Source: the human T2T-CHM13v2.0 reference genome, Homo sapiens. Taken from it: a stretch of DNA of 64,000 bases. Position numbers and translations under genes: made by a program. The DNA lies in assembly GCF_009914755.1 (NCBI RefSeq), contig NC_060944.1. The stretch is one strand, 5' to 3'. The notes beneath the pieces were generated by a model. The model searched no databases and had not been told where the DNA came from. It saw nothing but the letters and a program-made list of their open reading frames with translations. Of this stretch, positions 1 to 10,930 are shown one piece after another; within the stretch, counting starts at the first letter, position 1, and every line of letters starts with the position of its first letter.

Positions 1-134
1 TCCTTCAAGAACCTAGAGCAGTGGCTCTCACCCTGACCCCAGGGGTGGTGAGAGGTGATGAAATGCAGATCCCCGGGCCCCACCCTCCTGGAAATTCTCA
101 TCCAGAAGGTGTCCGTAGGCTTCTGGAGCTTGTC

Positions 135-439
135 TTTTTTCTTTTTCTTTTTGAGATAGGGTCTTGCTCTGTCACCCAGTCTGGAGGGCAGTGGCGCAAT
201 CACAGCTCACTACAGCTGTGCCTCAGTTTCTCTGGACTCGAGCGATCTTCCCACCTCAGCCTCCTGAGTAGCTGGGATTACAGGTGCATGTTACCATGCT
301 CGGCTACTTTTAAAATTTTTTTAGAGATGGGATCTCACTATGTTGCCCAGGCTGATCTTGAACTCCTGGCCTCAAGCAATCCTCCTGTCTCAGCCTCCCA
401 AAGTGCTGGGATTACAGGTGTGAGCCGCCACACCTGGCC
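135..439 (-). mobile_element. Alu (AluJ-like), followed by an Alu fragment at 441-535, splitting a MER5-like remnant
   Basis: Poly-T head, gagatagggtcttgctctgtcaccc...cacctggcc. Confidence 0.9.
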
Positions 440-1601
440 ATTTTTCTTTTTTAATTGAGACATGATCTTGCTCTGTCACCCAGGCTAGAGAGAGCAGTGA
501 TGTGATCATAGCTTACTGTAACCTCAAATTCCTGAGTTTTTAAACAAGTGCCCAGTGCACTGTGGGCAGTGGGCTAAGGCCCACCCCTGAGACATGCTGT
601 TCCAGATGGCTGTGCTTGCAACACCCTTAACTCCAGGGATGTTCTTGGCCTGGTGGTGGCCAGACCCCAGCCTTCTTCCCCTCCTCCAGGGCTGAGTATG
701 AAAATGGTTGGAAGGTTGTTTCAGAGAATGGGCGGACACACTGCAAGGTCAGGAGGCAAACAGGGCAGGTAGATTTCTGACCTCTGCCCCAACAAAGATT
801 AAAGTCCTGGAGCATGTACCGTGTGTCCTTCGGAGGATGGTGAGCAGCTTTGCTCTGGGGAAGGGGGTGAGCAGGTGACAGCTGCAGCTGGGGAGCCAGG
901 CTAGGCAGAAGCGGTCACCACCTTTCCACGGAGGCATGAGGTCCAGCGAGGATGGCGGGAAGCGCAGAAGACCTAAAGCCGTGCCTCGCAGCCTGTTTAG
1001 CACTAAGCGCACTTGGTTTATCTGGTCTGCGATCATGTCCGGAACACAGGGTCTTCTGTGTCCAAAGAACTTGACACACATATAGTGGGAGGGAGCTGGG
1101 TGGGATTTAGAGGTTCCGGAGTTGAGCTGAGCCCTAGGACCAAAGGTGAATGGGGCTAGGGCTGTGTCTTCAAGGACCCTATAAGTGAAGGGCCTGGGGG
1201 AGCATGGGGGAGCCACAGGTCAGGAGTTATGGCCTACTCCATCCCATCCCAGGTGCAGGAGCACCGGGCACTCCAAGGAGGCCCTTCCATGGGGGTGAGG
1301 AGGCTGCAAGAGGGGCAGAAGGTTGAGTAAACAAAGCCAGACCGTGGGAGGGTGATGAGCTGTGGGGGCAGCCGAGGTGGCAGGGCCATCATTAGGGCCT
1401 TATCTCCAGATTTGTTTGAAGGGGAGGACCAACCAGGGTCTTATCTGGGTGGTAGAAGTGCTCCCGGGAGGGAGGGAGGCATGTTTGCGTGTCACTGAGT
1501 TAGTTTTGTTTATCTTGCAGTGTGTATACATCTACTTCAGGTACATATCTTTGGCTCTGTATCTTTTAATTGTGGTAAAATACGCATAAAATTTGCCTTT
1601 A

Positions 1602-2113
<512 letters not shown>

Positions 2114-2559
2114 TCACCACCATCCATCTCTAGAACTCTTCTCACTTTGCAAAACTAGAGCTCTGTACCCACTAAACACGAATTCCCCATTTCCCCCTCC
2201 CCCAGCCCCTGGCGCCCACTATTCTGCTTCCTGTCTCTATGAATTTGACTCCTCTAGGTATCTCATTTAAGTGGAATCATACGGTTTTGTCCTTTTGTGA
2301 CTGGCTCATTTCACGTAGCTTCATGTCTTCAAGTTCCTTCACATTGTAGCGTATGTCGGAATCTCCTTCCACTTTAGGCTGAATAACATCCCATTGCATG
2401 TATGTAGCATGTGTGTAGCACATTTAGCTCATTCCTCCATGGATGGATGCCTGAGTTGCTTCCACCTTTTGGCTGTTGTAAATAAGGCACAGGTGTACAA
2501 ATTTGGCTCTGTATTTTTGTATACTTCCCCCCACGCCCAGGTTTGTACTAGATTCCTTT

Positions 2560-2612
2560 TTTGTACATAAGAAACCACTGAATATTGGCAATTTCATATG
2601 GTTTGACTAAAT
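2560..2612. mobile_element. MADE2-like mariner MITE fragment
   Basis: aatattggcaatttcatatggtttgactaa resembles the MADE2 terminal inverted repeat. Confidence 0.55.
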
Positions 2613-2619
2613 ATATACA

Positions 2620-2792
2620 GGTGTACCTATGCAGAACTGTACCTGTGCTTGTATGTGTGTGCACGTCCTGTCTGTGATGTTTGTGTGCCCGTGTGGCACG
2701 GCAGTGTGCATGGACCTGTGTGTGCATGTGTGTCTGGGTGGCGGGATAGTCCTTGAGTCGGACTCTGTGTTGCGGTACTGGGGCTGTGTGTA
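2620..2792. repeat. Degenerate (TG)n low-complexity tract
   Basis: Repeated gtgtgt / tgtgca units. Confidence 0.7.
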
Positions 2793-5700
2793 CAGGAAGC
2801 ACAATGGAGAGGGGCAGGGGTGGGAAGACTTTGTTGAAAGGCAAGGGGTTCCAGTGGATCCCGGACATCCTGATAATACTTGTGTGCAAATCAAATCAAA
2901 TCCCCCCAGGCTGCGGGACCAGCTGCCTCTCCCTAGGCAGCCCCTCCCTGTGAGTTGAGTTGGTCAAGGGCAATGGGAGGGCAGACAGGTGGCTCCCGGC
3001 ATTGGGGCTGGGCCTAGGGGTGGTGGCCAAGGGTGATGGGAGCGTCCAGACAGACCCAAGCCCTGTCCCTGGCTGAGGTATGTCAGGCACAGGCCCCTTA
3101 ATGACTGTAATTAAGAGGAAGGAAACTGTTTTCCTGTATAGGAGGTGTGTCAGGCGCCTGCCTGGCATCACTCAGCTGTCCTGGAGGCCACTTAGCCTTG
3201 TCTATTGTCTCTCACAAGCCAAGCGGCGTCTGGGCAGGCAATGTCATGTAGGGTAGGGGGAGCAGAGGCTGGGTTGCAGCCCTCCAGGTGCAGGCTGCTC
3301 TGAGGCCAGTGCTGCCGCATACCTTTCCTCTGGCACCCCGGGTCAGGAGAGACAGGGCTCCCGCAGAGGAGCAGCTGGGACTGTAGGGCCCGGAGTGCCC
3401 TACCAGGGATTTGGAGTGCACCCAAATCCCTTGAATCAAGGCAAAGTGGACACATGCTGAAGAGTCCCCGAGGCTGGCTTGAGCCAGGTAGCAAAGGGTG
3501 AGAAAGATTTCAGGTGCAGAGGGGTAAGTGGAGTGTTCCTGGCTGGAGAAAGAGGGCAAGGACATGCCCAAGGAAGGCAGGTGGGGGCCGTGGTGCAGGG
3601 GAAGATGCTAACAGGAAGGCTAGAGCCGCACTAGGAAGAGCTCGAGGGCCTTCTAAAGTGCTGGGTTCTTACCTAGAGATGATGGCACAAAGGCTGGGAA
3701 GACTCCAGAGCATCGTCCTAGGATAACTCAGAAACAGCTCCAATGGCGAGAGTGGGCCAAAGCACCAGAAACAACCCACATTGGTTGAACCCAGTGTGGT
3801 TCACTGTTCACTGAGTGTGACACAGGTCTCAGGAGGTCACCATTCCGCACTCTTGTCTCATCCTGATACCCCATGGGCTATTGTGCCACTGGACTGAGTC
3901 GACCCCCTGGTAGGAACACAGGCTCTGCCACTTAATGGGGGAGCCGAACAATCACAACTTCTCTGAGTCACAGTGGCTGACTCTGTAGAGTGGGACCCAC
4001 ACTATCTCCTTTACAGGGTTGTCTTGAGGAATATATGGGCTCAGCTACGCCAAGTGCCTGGCTGAGAGCAGCTGTGGTTGCTCAGTACATGCTGAAGTCC
4101 AGAGCTTTCCCAGTTGTGAAAGGACAGGGGCTCGATGAAGGCCTGAAAGCTCAGGAAGCCACCGGGGGAGCTCTCCTGGTCAGTCTCTGGTTCCTTCTAG
4201 ACCAAAGGCTGGCGCCAAGGCCAACACGGTCCCAGCCGAGTCAGTGGGGTGTGGTCTGTCACCACTGCCTCTGAGATCTGGCCTCTCATCACACGCCTGC
4301 TCACAGGAGGCGGGGTGTCCATCTGTCTGTCTCCTGCATTTTATTTCTCCATTTGTTTTGAACTTGGGAGGGGAAGAAAGAGGTGCATCTGCTGACTCCT
4401 GGAGCCCCGTTATTGAGGCAGCCTCCCCTTCCCACCCCCTCTCCCTCTGTCCAATCCTCCCAGCATGGATTTAGTGTCCACCTTCAGCCGGCAGGTGACC
4501 CAAAGATGAGTAAGAGTTTGTCTCTGCCCTGGAGGAGCTCACAGTTCAGTGGGGAAGACAGACTCATAAATAATTATAAACCATGCATTAGGCTGAGGTA
4601 TAAACCAAGCTCCTGGGGTTTAGAGCCTGGACCTATTGAAGAACCTCAGACGAGCCATGGCCCCACCTCCCGCCCCTTCAAGCAAGGCACAGCGCAGTGG
4701 CGGGCCCTCTCCCAAGTGTGAGGTGAATGCTGTTCCTGGCCACAGGGAGAGAAAAAAAGTAAGAGCACCCAGCCCAGGCCCGTGGGTGCTGGTTCCTGAC
4801 TGAAACCTGCAGTGAGGCCTGGCAGGGCCTCAGCCTCCCCCGTCCAACGCGCTGGCTGGGCGGGAGGTCTCCAGGTGCTTCCGGCGCTACCGCTGTAGTC
4901 CATCACTTGTTGACGCCACGGGTTGGTGCTTGGAGGTCCCTTCCTGGAAATTCCCCAGCCAGGGTCTCCAGGATCTTTTCTCCTTGTTCTCCCCTCCACA
5001 CGGAAAAGGGGAGCCCGTGGCCTGGTCAGGGTCTGGGTCCTAGGCTCACCAACGTCACTCCAGGGAAGTCCCCTGGAAGCTACAGAGAACCTGATGGGGG
5101 AGCGGGGAGGGTCGGGGCCAGGGGCCTGAGGTCTGGCCTCCCCCTCTCTAAGGCCAAGCCCAGTGGATAGGGTGGGTGAGGCATGGTAGGTGCAGTGGAC
5201 AGACTAGAAGTGGGAACCAGAGCAATAGGTACAGGAGGGCTGCTCCCAGGGGAAGCGTTCGAACACCCCTGCCAGCTCCACTTCCCTCCCACTCCACCCC
5301 CATAGCTGATAAACTCTAGATCGAGACCAGCTGGCATGAGCTCTCCCTTCCCCCTTAGCCCTCTCCTCAGAAACTCCTTTTCCCCCTATCAGTCCTCCTA
5401 ATCGCTGGTCTCAGGAAAGGATTCCCTTCACCACCTCCAAAGCCAGGCCCTTGTTCTCAAGATCAGGCTTCCATTTCCAGAGGGATCTCATCGGAGTCCC
5501 TAACACTCATGGGAAGTTCCCTACTCCACTAAGTGCTTAGCTCATCAGGGTGCTTCCTGCCCCCAAATACATCTTCAGCACGTTCCTGCAAACCCCCTTG
5601 TTTCACCCCCTCTTCCGCCTCCTCCCAGTATCCCTCCATCTCTTCTCAGCATGCTGCTCCGAGTCTCCTTCTGGAAGCTCTCCTCTTCCCTGGGTCCAGT

Positions 5701-6155
5701 CTACCTTCTGCACTGGTGCCTGCTCTTCCCGCCACCTCCTGTGAATGCTCCTTGCACTCCCAACCCAGTCTCGGGGCTGCCCTCACCTCCGGGAGCTCAT
5801 CAACTTCAGGATCTCTATACCCAAGACAAAGCCAACATCCTTCGTCCCTGAGGTCCATCCTGAGGTTCGCCAAGGTCCTTCCTCCCCCATGCCCTTGCCC
5901 TCCCTGGAGCATCTCTAGCATCTGAAGTCCATCTGCCACCAGACTGGCTCCCCACAGATGCAACCAAGGTGCACCAAAAGCAATGGAGTGGAACCCAGAA
6001 AAAATGACTGTTCAGCTTTGCTGCAGGGTCACCTTGCACCAGCAAGCAGATTCTTCTCAGTGCGCCTATTTCCCTATTGCATCATGGGTGCAGCAATCCC
6101 TGCCCTGCCCAGCTCATAGGGTGCTGTAAGTTTCACTTGAAAAAACACAACACAT

Positions 6156-6559
<404 letters not shown>

Positions 6560-7798
6560 TCAGGCTCCACATTAGGCCTCAAGTCCTGATGAGTTTTTTC
6601 TCGGAAATGTCTCTGGGGTTTGAGCTTCCCTTTGAATTCCATCTGTCACCCCCGGCATCTCAAGCCCAGATGGCTAAACTCCCTTCCTGACAGAGCCAAT
6701 CCATCCTGGTACCACTGTCTCTCCACTGCCATCATGCCCCAGTCTTTACCAAGAATGCGCACAGTGGCTTCCTGCTGCCTGGCAGCTGATGTGTGATCTG
6801 TGCTACCCCTACTCATGGTCCCACCTGATCTCTGCAACCCTTCCTTCCCTTAGCAGCTAACTCAACAGTTGCTGCAGTCTGAAGAGCTTCCTGTTCTGTG
6901 CCTTCAACTGGACAGCTAGTCCTCAATTCCCGTTTTCCTACCTCCTTAAGCCTCACTCTTCACAGCCTGAAGCGGTGGACTGGGTCAGAGCCACCATACA
7001 GGGTACATCTGGGCATTCCCCTCCTGGAATATGAGCTTAAGAATCCTCACCTGCAAGGCGGCGAGTGAGGTGACAAGTGAAAATACCAAGCAAGCCTGGC
7101 ATGGAGGGAAAACTCAAAAGATGCTGGCTGAAGTGCGGCCTGGGCTTCAACCTCAGTTTAAGATTCACCCCGTCTTGTCGTACAGCATTGCTATTTCTCA
7201 TCGGAAGAAATAGCGATGATTTCTTTTTTCAAATTTTTAGGTAAAACATCAATCTTAGGGGTACTGTTCAGTGTTTCTCATTTGAAAACCTCTATAATAC
7301 AGTCTTCTCTGAAGAGTAAGGAAGACATATGTTTCTTCTGATGAGTAAGTGTACTTCCTTTTATGTGACAATGGGAACTCTACAACCTTAGGGCTTTCCA
7401 TTTTCCACCTTTGACCAGGAAGCTCAGAGCAAGGTCTCATACTCAATTGCAAATCTCCTGGCTGACCTGGGGGAGGGAGGCAGGGTGACATGGGGACAAA
7501 GCAGGGTCCCCAGGGTCTGTCGTGGGCTGGAGCACTCTTGGCCCCTTCTTATCCTCGATCACTCTTTCTCTAGGCCCCTCTAAGCTTCAGTCCCCTCACT
7601 TGTGTTAAAGGGATAATAAAAATGATGAGGGCAATACCTGTTTTACCTGATTGTTGTGAGACAATGCATTTACAGTATTTTATAAAATTTTAAAAAAGTC
7701 ATATGAAAGTTGCTCATTAGCAGTCCAGGTTTTCCAACATAATTATTTTCCCTCTTTTTCCCTCCCAATACCTGGATCTGATCTTTCAAACTTTAAGG

Positions 7799-8123
<325 letters not shown>

Positions 8124-8611
8124 TGATCTTTTCTGGAAGAATACAGAATACAAATATTAATAAATGACAAAATCATTCCTACAGAGCAGTCTCCCTGAAG
8201 GCAAGAAATTGTGTCCTTCACTTGTTTTGTACAATAATGAGTTACACTAGAAAAGCATTTAGCTATGGAAAGAACTTTCCATTTTGGTTCCTATGCTAAG
8301 ACCAAAGGGAGTGCTCAATATTAAGTCGCTAAAATAAGTGAAACTGTATGGGTCACACTGAGAATGGTCCAGAAGGGGGCTTTTTGGTTGGGGTTGTATT
8401 GATAACACTTGGTGATTTAGTCACACATTCATTCTTTCATTTATCCAAGTATACACTGATGCTGATCATGAATCAGGCATTTGGCTGAGCACTGGAAAAA
8501 CAACAGTGACCAACACAAACACAGTGTCCACTCCACGCTGAGGCAGCTCACAGTACAGTGTAGGAGGTGGGTAAAAAAATCATTTTAACATGGTAAGGTA
8601 AGTGTTACCAG

Positions 8612-8706
8612 GGCTAGGTGTGGAGGCTTATGCCTATAATCCTAGCACTTTGGGAGGGCAAGGTGGGAGGATCAACATAGTGAGAAACTGTCTCTACATA
8701 AATAAA
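8612..8706 (+). mobile_element. Alu monomer fragment within an L2 remnant
   Basis: ggctaggtgtggaggcttatgcctataatcctagcactttgggagg. Confidence 0.75.
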
Positions 8707-9457
8707 AAGGTAAGTGCTCCAGAGCAGAGAACCATGTGGGGAGCAGCACGGATATCGTGACTGTACCTGGAGGGGACAGGAGAGGGAGGGACAAAGGTTC
8801 TAGGTAGAGGACACATAGCATGATCTCTCCAGGTAACCCCAAGAGGTTCAGTGTGCTCAGAGAAGAGATGGGTAGACTCATAAAAACAGGAATGGAGGCA
8901 GTGGCCAAACCAAGAATAAGGGTAGCCTCCAAGGAACCTGGAATAGATCTTAAGGGGAGGGGGATTGGCAGAGTCAGGGAAAGGTGCTGATGGCCAAGAA
9001 GTGAGGGCTCACCAACATCAGACACGATAGATCCAATCTGGCTCCTTCAAAGGCAGCTCCATACTGCAAGTTGCTGTGTTGCACGACGACAAACTCCTGA
9101 GCAGACAGGACTAGCTCTGTAGGCAGGGACCATCAGATGCTGGAGGGACTCACCCAGGGCCTGCATGAACACTGGCTGACTGGGATGCTAAGAAGGGGAG
9201 TCAGGTTCTGGACCAGGGCTGGACCAAATGACCTTTCAAGTTCCTTCCAAATCTGAGCTTCCAGGATTCTAAAGCAAGCCCGGTAGCTGAACTGGTGCCA
9301 TGAGCTGGGATCTGTGGCTGGGGAGCTACCCTGGGCAGCAAATGGGTTAAAGCTCAAATAACTTTTATATATGAATTAATGTGTAGAGTTGGGAGCCAAA
9401 ATCTGTTCCATTAATTTTTCCATCCATTCCAGGAGCAGTTAGGTACACACAGTAAAG

Positions 9458-9463
9458 TTTATT
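9458..9463 (-). terminator. Distal polyadenylation signal AATAAA of UQCC1
   Basis: tttatt on plus strand; U-rich element upstream (plus 9488-9504). Confidence 0.8.
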
Positions 9464-10335
9464 TTGGTGCATGGTATACTTCACTCCATTAAAAATAAAT
9501 TAATCAGCAAATTCCTGCCTGGCTCAGCTCTGGTTTATGTAAATAGTGCCCAGCTGTAATGAGTTACAAGGTGTTATTATCTCACACACACACAGGAGGC
9601 TTCACTCTAGAGCTCCGCTCGCAACAAAAGCATCTTAAATAAACTGAGAGAAGCGGTTTGATTTGTAATGTTTTCACAGAAGTGGGATATACCTCACCCA
9701 TATAGAGTTTCTTTATATGACTCATTTTATAGCAAGTTAAATGAAGGAAGTTTGATGGGGGAGGGAGGGGCAATATGGTTCCCCACCCCCTTTCTTCACT
9801 TTAAGAAAATCCCCCAAGAGATGACCCGCACTGAGGGAGGAGGGGCTGGTCCTCAGGTGCTCAGACCAAGGTGGCTCTGCAGCACGTGCTTCAGAAGTTG
9901 GGAAGGGGGACCAAAGCTGGGCACAGGTCTGGGTCTGCTACAACTAAGCCAGGAGGAATGTTCTCTTCTCCCCAGTATCTCATGAAAGGGGAGGCCAAGA
10001 CAGGAGACAGCATGTTCCTCATTCAGTTCACTGGGAGTGACAAAGGTGACTTTGTTCTCAAGGCCTCCTTCCAAATGACTTAGGATGTGAAAGCCCTTGG
10101 TCATCAGAGGCCTCCTGGGTCCCAGACGACAGGCCTGGCTGGCTGTATCTTGGCCTGAACAGAGACACATCTCCATGAACTAGAGGCAAGAGCAGCAGAG
10201 ACCATCCCAGCCTCTTCCCTTTCTCCGTCTCTAACTGAGCTGCGCGGTGCCCTCATTACTGCGTCCACCATCTCAGGCAAGTTTCTAAGTCCCTGGAATA
10301 AAGAAGGGCCATGGCAGAGAGAAGTCTCTGTTTCT

Positions 10336-10341
10336 TTTAAT
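10336..10341 (-). terminator. Candidate proximal polyadenylation signal ATTAAA
   Basis: tttaat on plus, ~455 nt after the stop codon, followed by pyrimidine/U-rich sequence. Confidence 0.4.
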
Positions 10342-10795
10342 GGCCAACTCAACCCCATGGCTGAAAGCCGAGGGACAACGCGTGGTCACCGACCGGACTC
10401 GGCAGCATTACAATCTGCTCCTAGGCCACAGCAGGCCCTGGGGGGTTTCCCTTTTGAACCTACACCATCCCTTCCTTGGCCTTTGGGAAAAGCTATCAGT
10501 CACATGTAGTTGCTGGAGGGGGTTGGGGAGTGTGTGCTGGGGGACTCTCACTCGGGGCTTCCCCTAAGGGAGAGGACACCCCGGGAGAGCTAGGGGTTCT
10601 CCCAGCCCTGTACCCCAGCAGATCAGACTCCTGGGCACACTAAGAGGAAACTCAACACAAATGGGGCCAGGTATTTGACAGATGCTGTTCAGAGGTCAGT
10701 TCAGGCCACTTTCTGCAGGGTCCTGGACCAACAGGCACTTCTCTCCTGGAGGTTCCTCGAAGCCAGCTGGCGGGCCGTGCGGAGGGCCCAGCCCA

Positions 10796-10930
10796 TCAAA
10801 GTCCCTCGTCGTTGTAAGTCGGAGAATGGGGCTTCAGGATGCTCTGAGGATTCTTCTCCACTAGAGGGCGCCAGCTCACCTCCCCTGTCAGAAGCAGATC
10901 CTCCCCGTTCATGGAGTCCAGGTACTGTAT
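10796..10930 (-). CDS. UQCC1: UQCC1 last coding exon (probably exon 10): IQYLDSMNGEDLLLTGEVSWRPLVEKNPQSILKPHSPTYNDEGL-stop
   Basis: Within ORF 10796..11089; acceptor ccctccctggttgcag|ATA; TGA at 10798-10796. Confidence 0.97.
   Translation of the reverse strand: MQYLDSMNGEDLLLTGEVSWRPLVEKNPQSILKPHSPTYNDEGL
10855..10873 (+). promoter_or_regulatory. CTCF motif inside the UQCC1 coding exon
   Basis: TCTCCACTAGAGGGCGCCA matches core CCASYAGRKGGCRS at every position. Confidence 0.75.

Larger units (their letters stand above)
9440..10795 (-). other. UQCC1: UQCC1 3' UTR (3' end approximate)
   Basis: Repeat-free stretch from the stop codon to just past the AATAAA at 9463-9458. Confidence 0.8.

Noticed and set aside
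3550-3580. GGACATGCCC p53/p63 half-site
   Set aside because: No adjacent second half-site.
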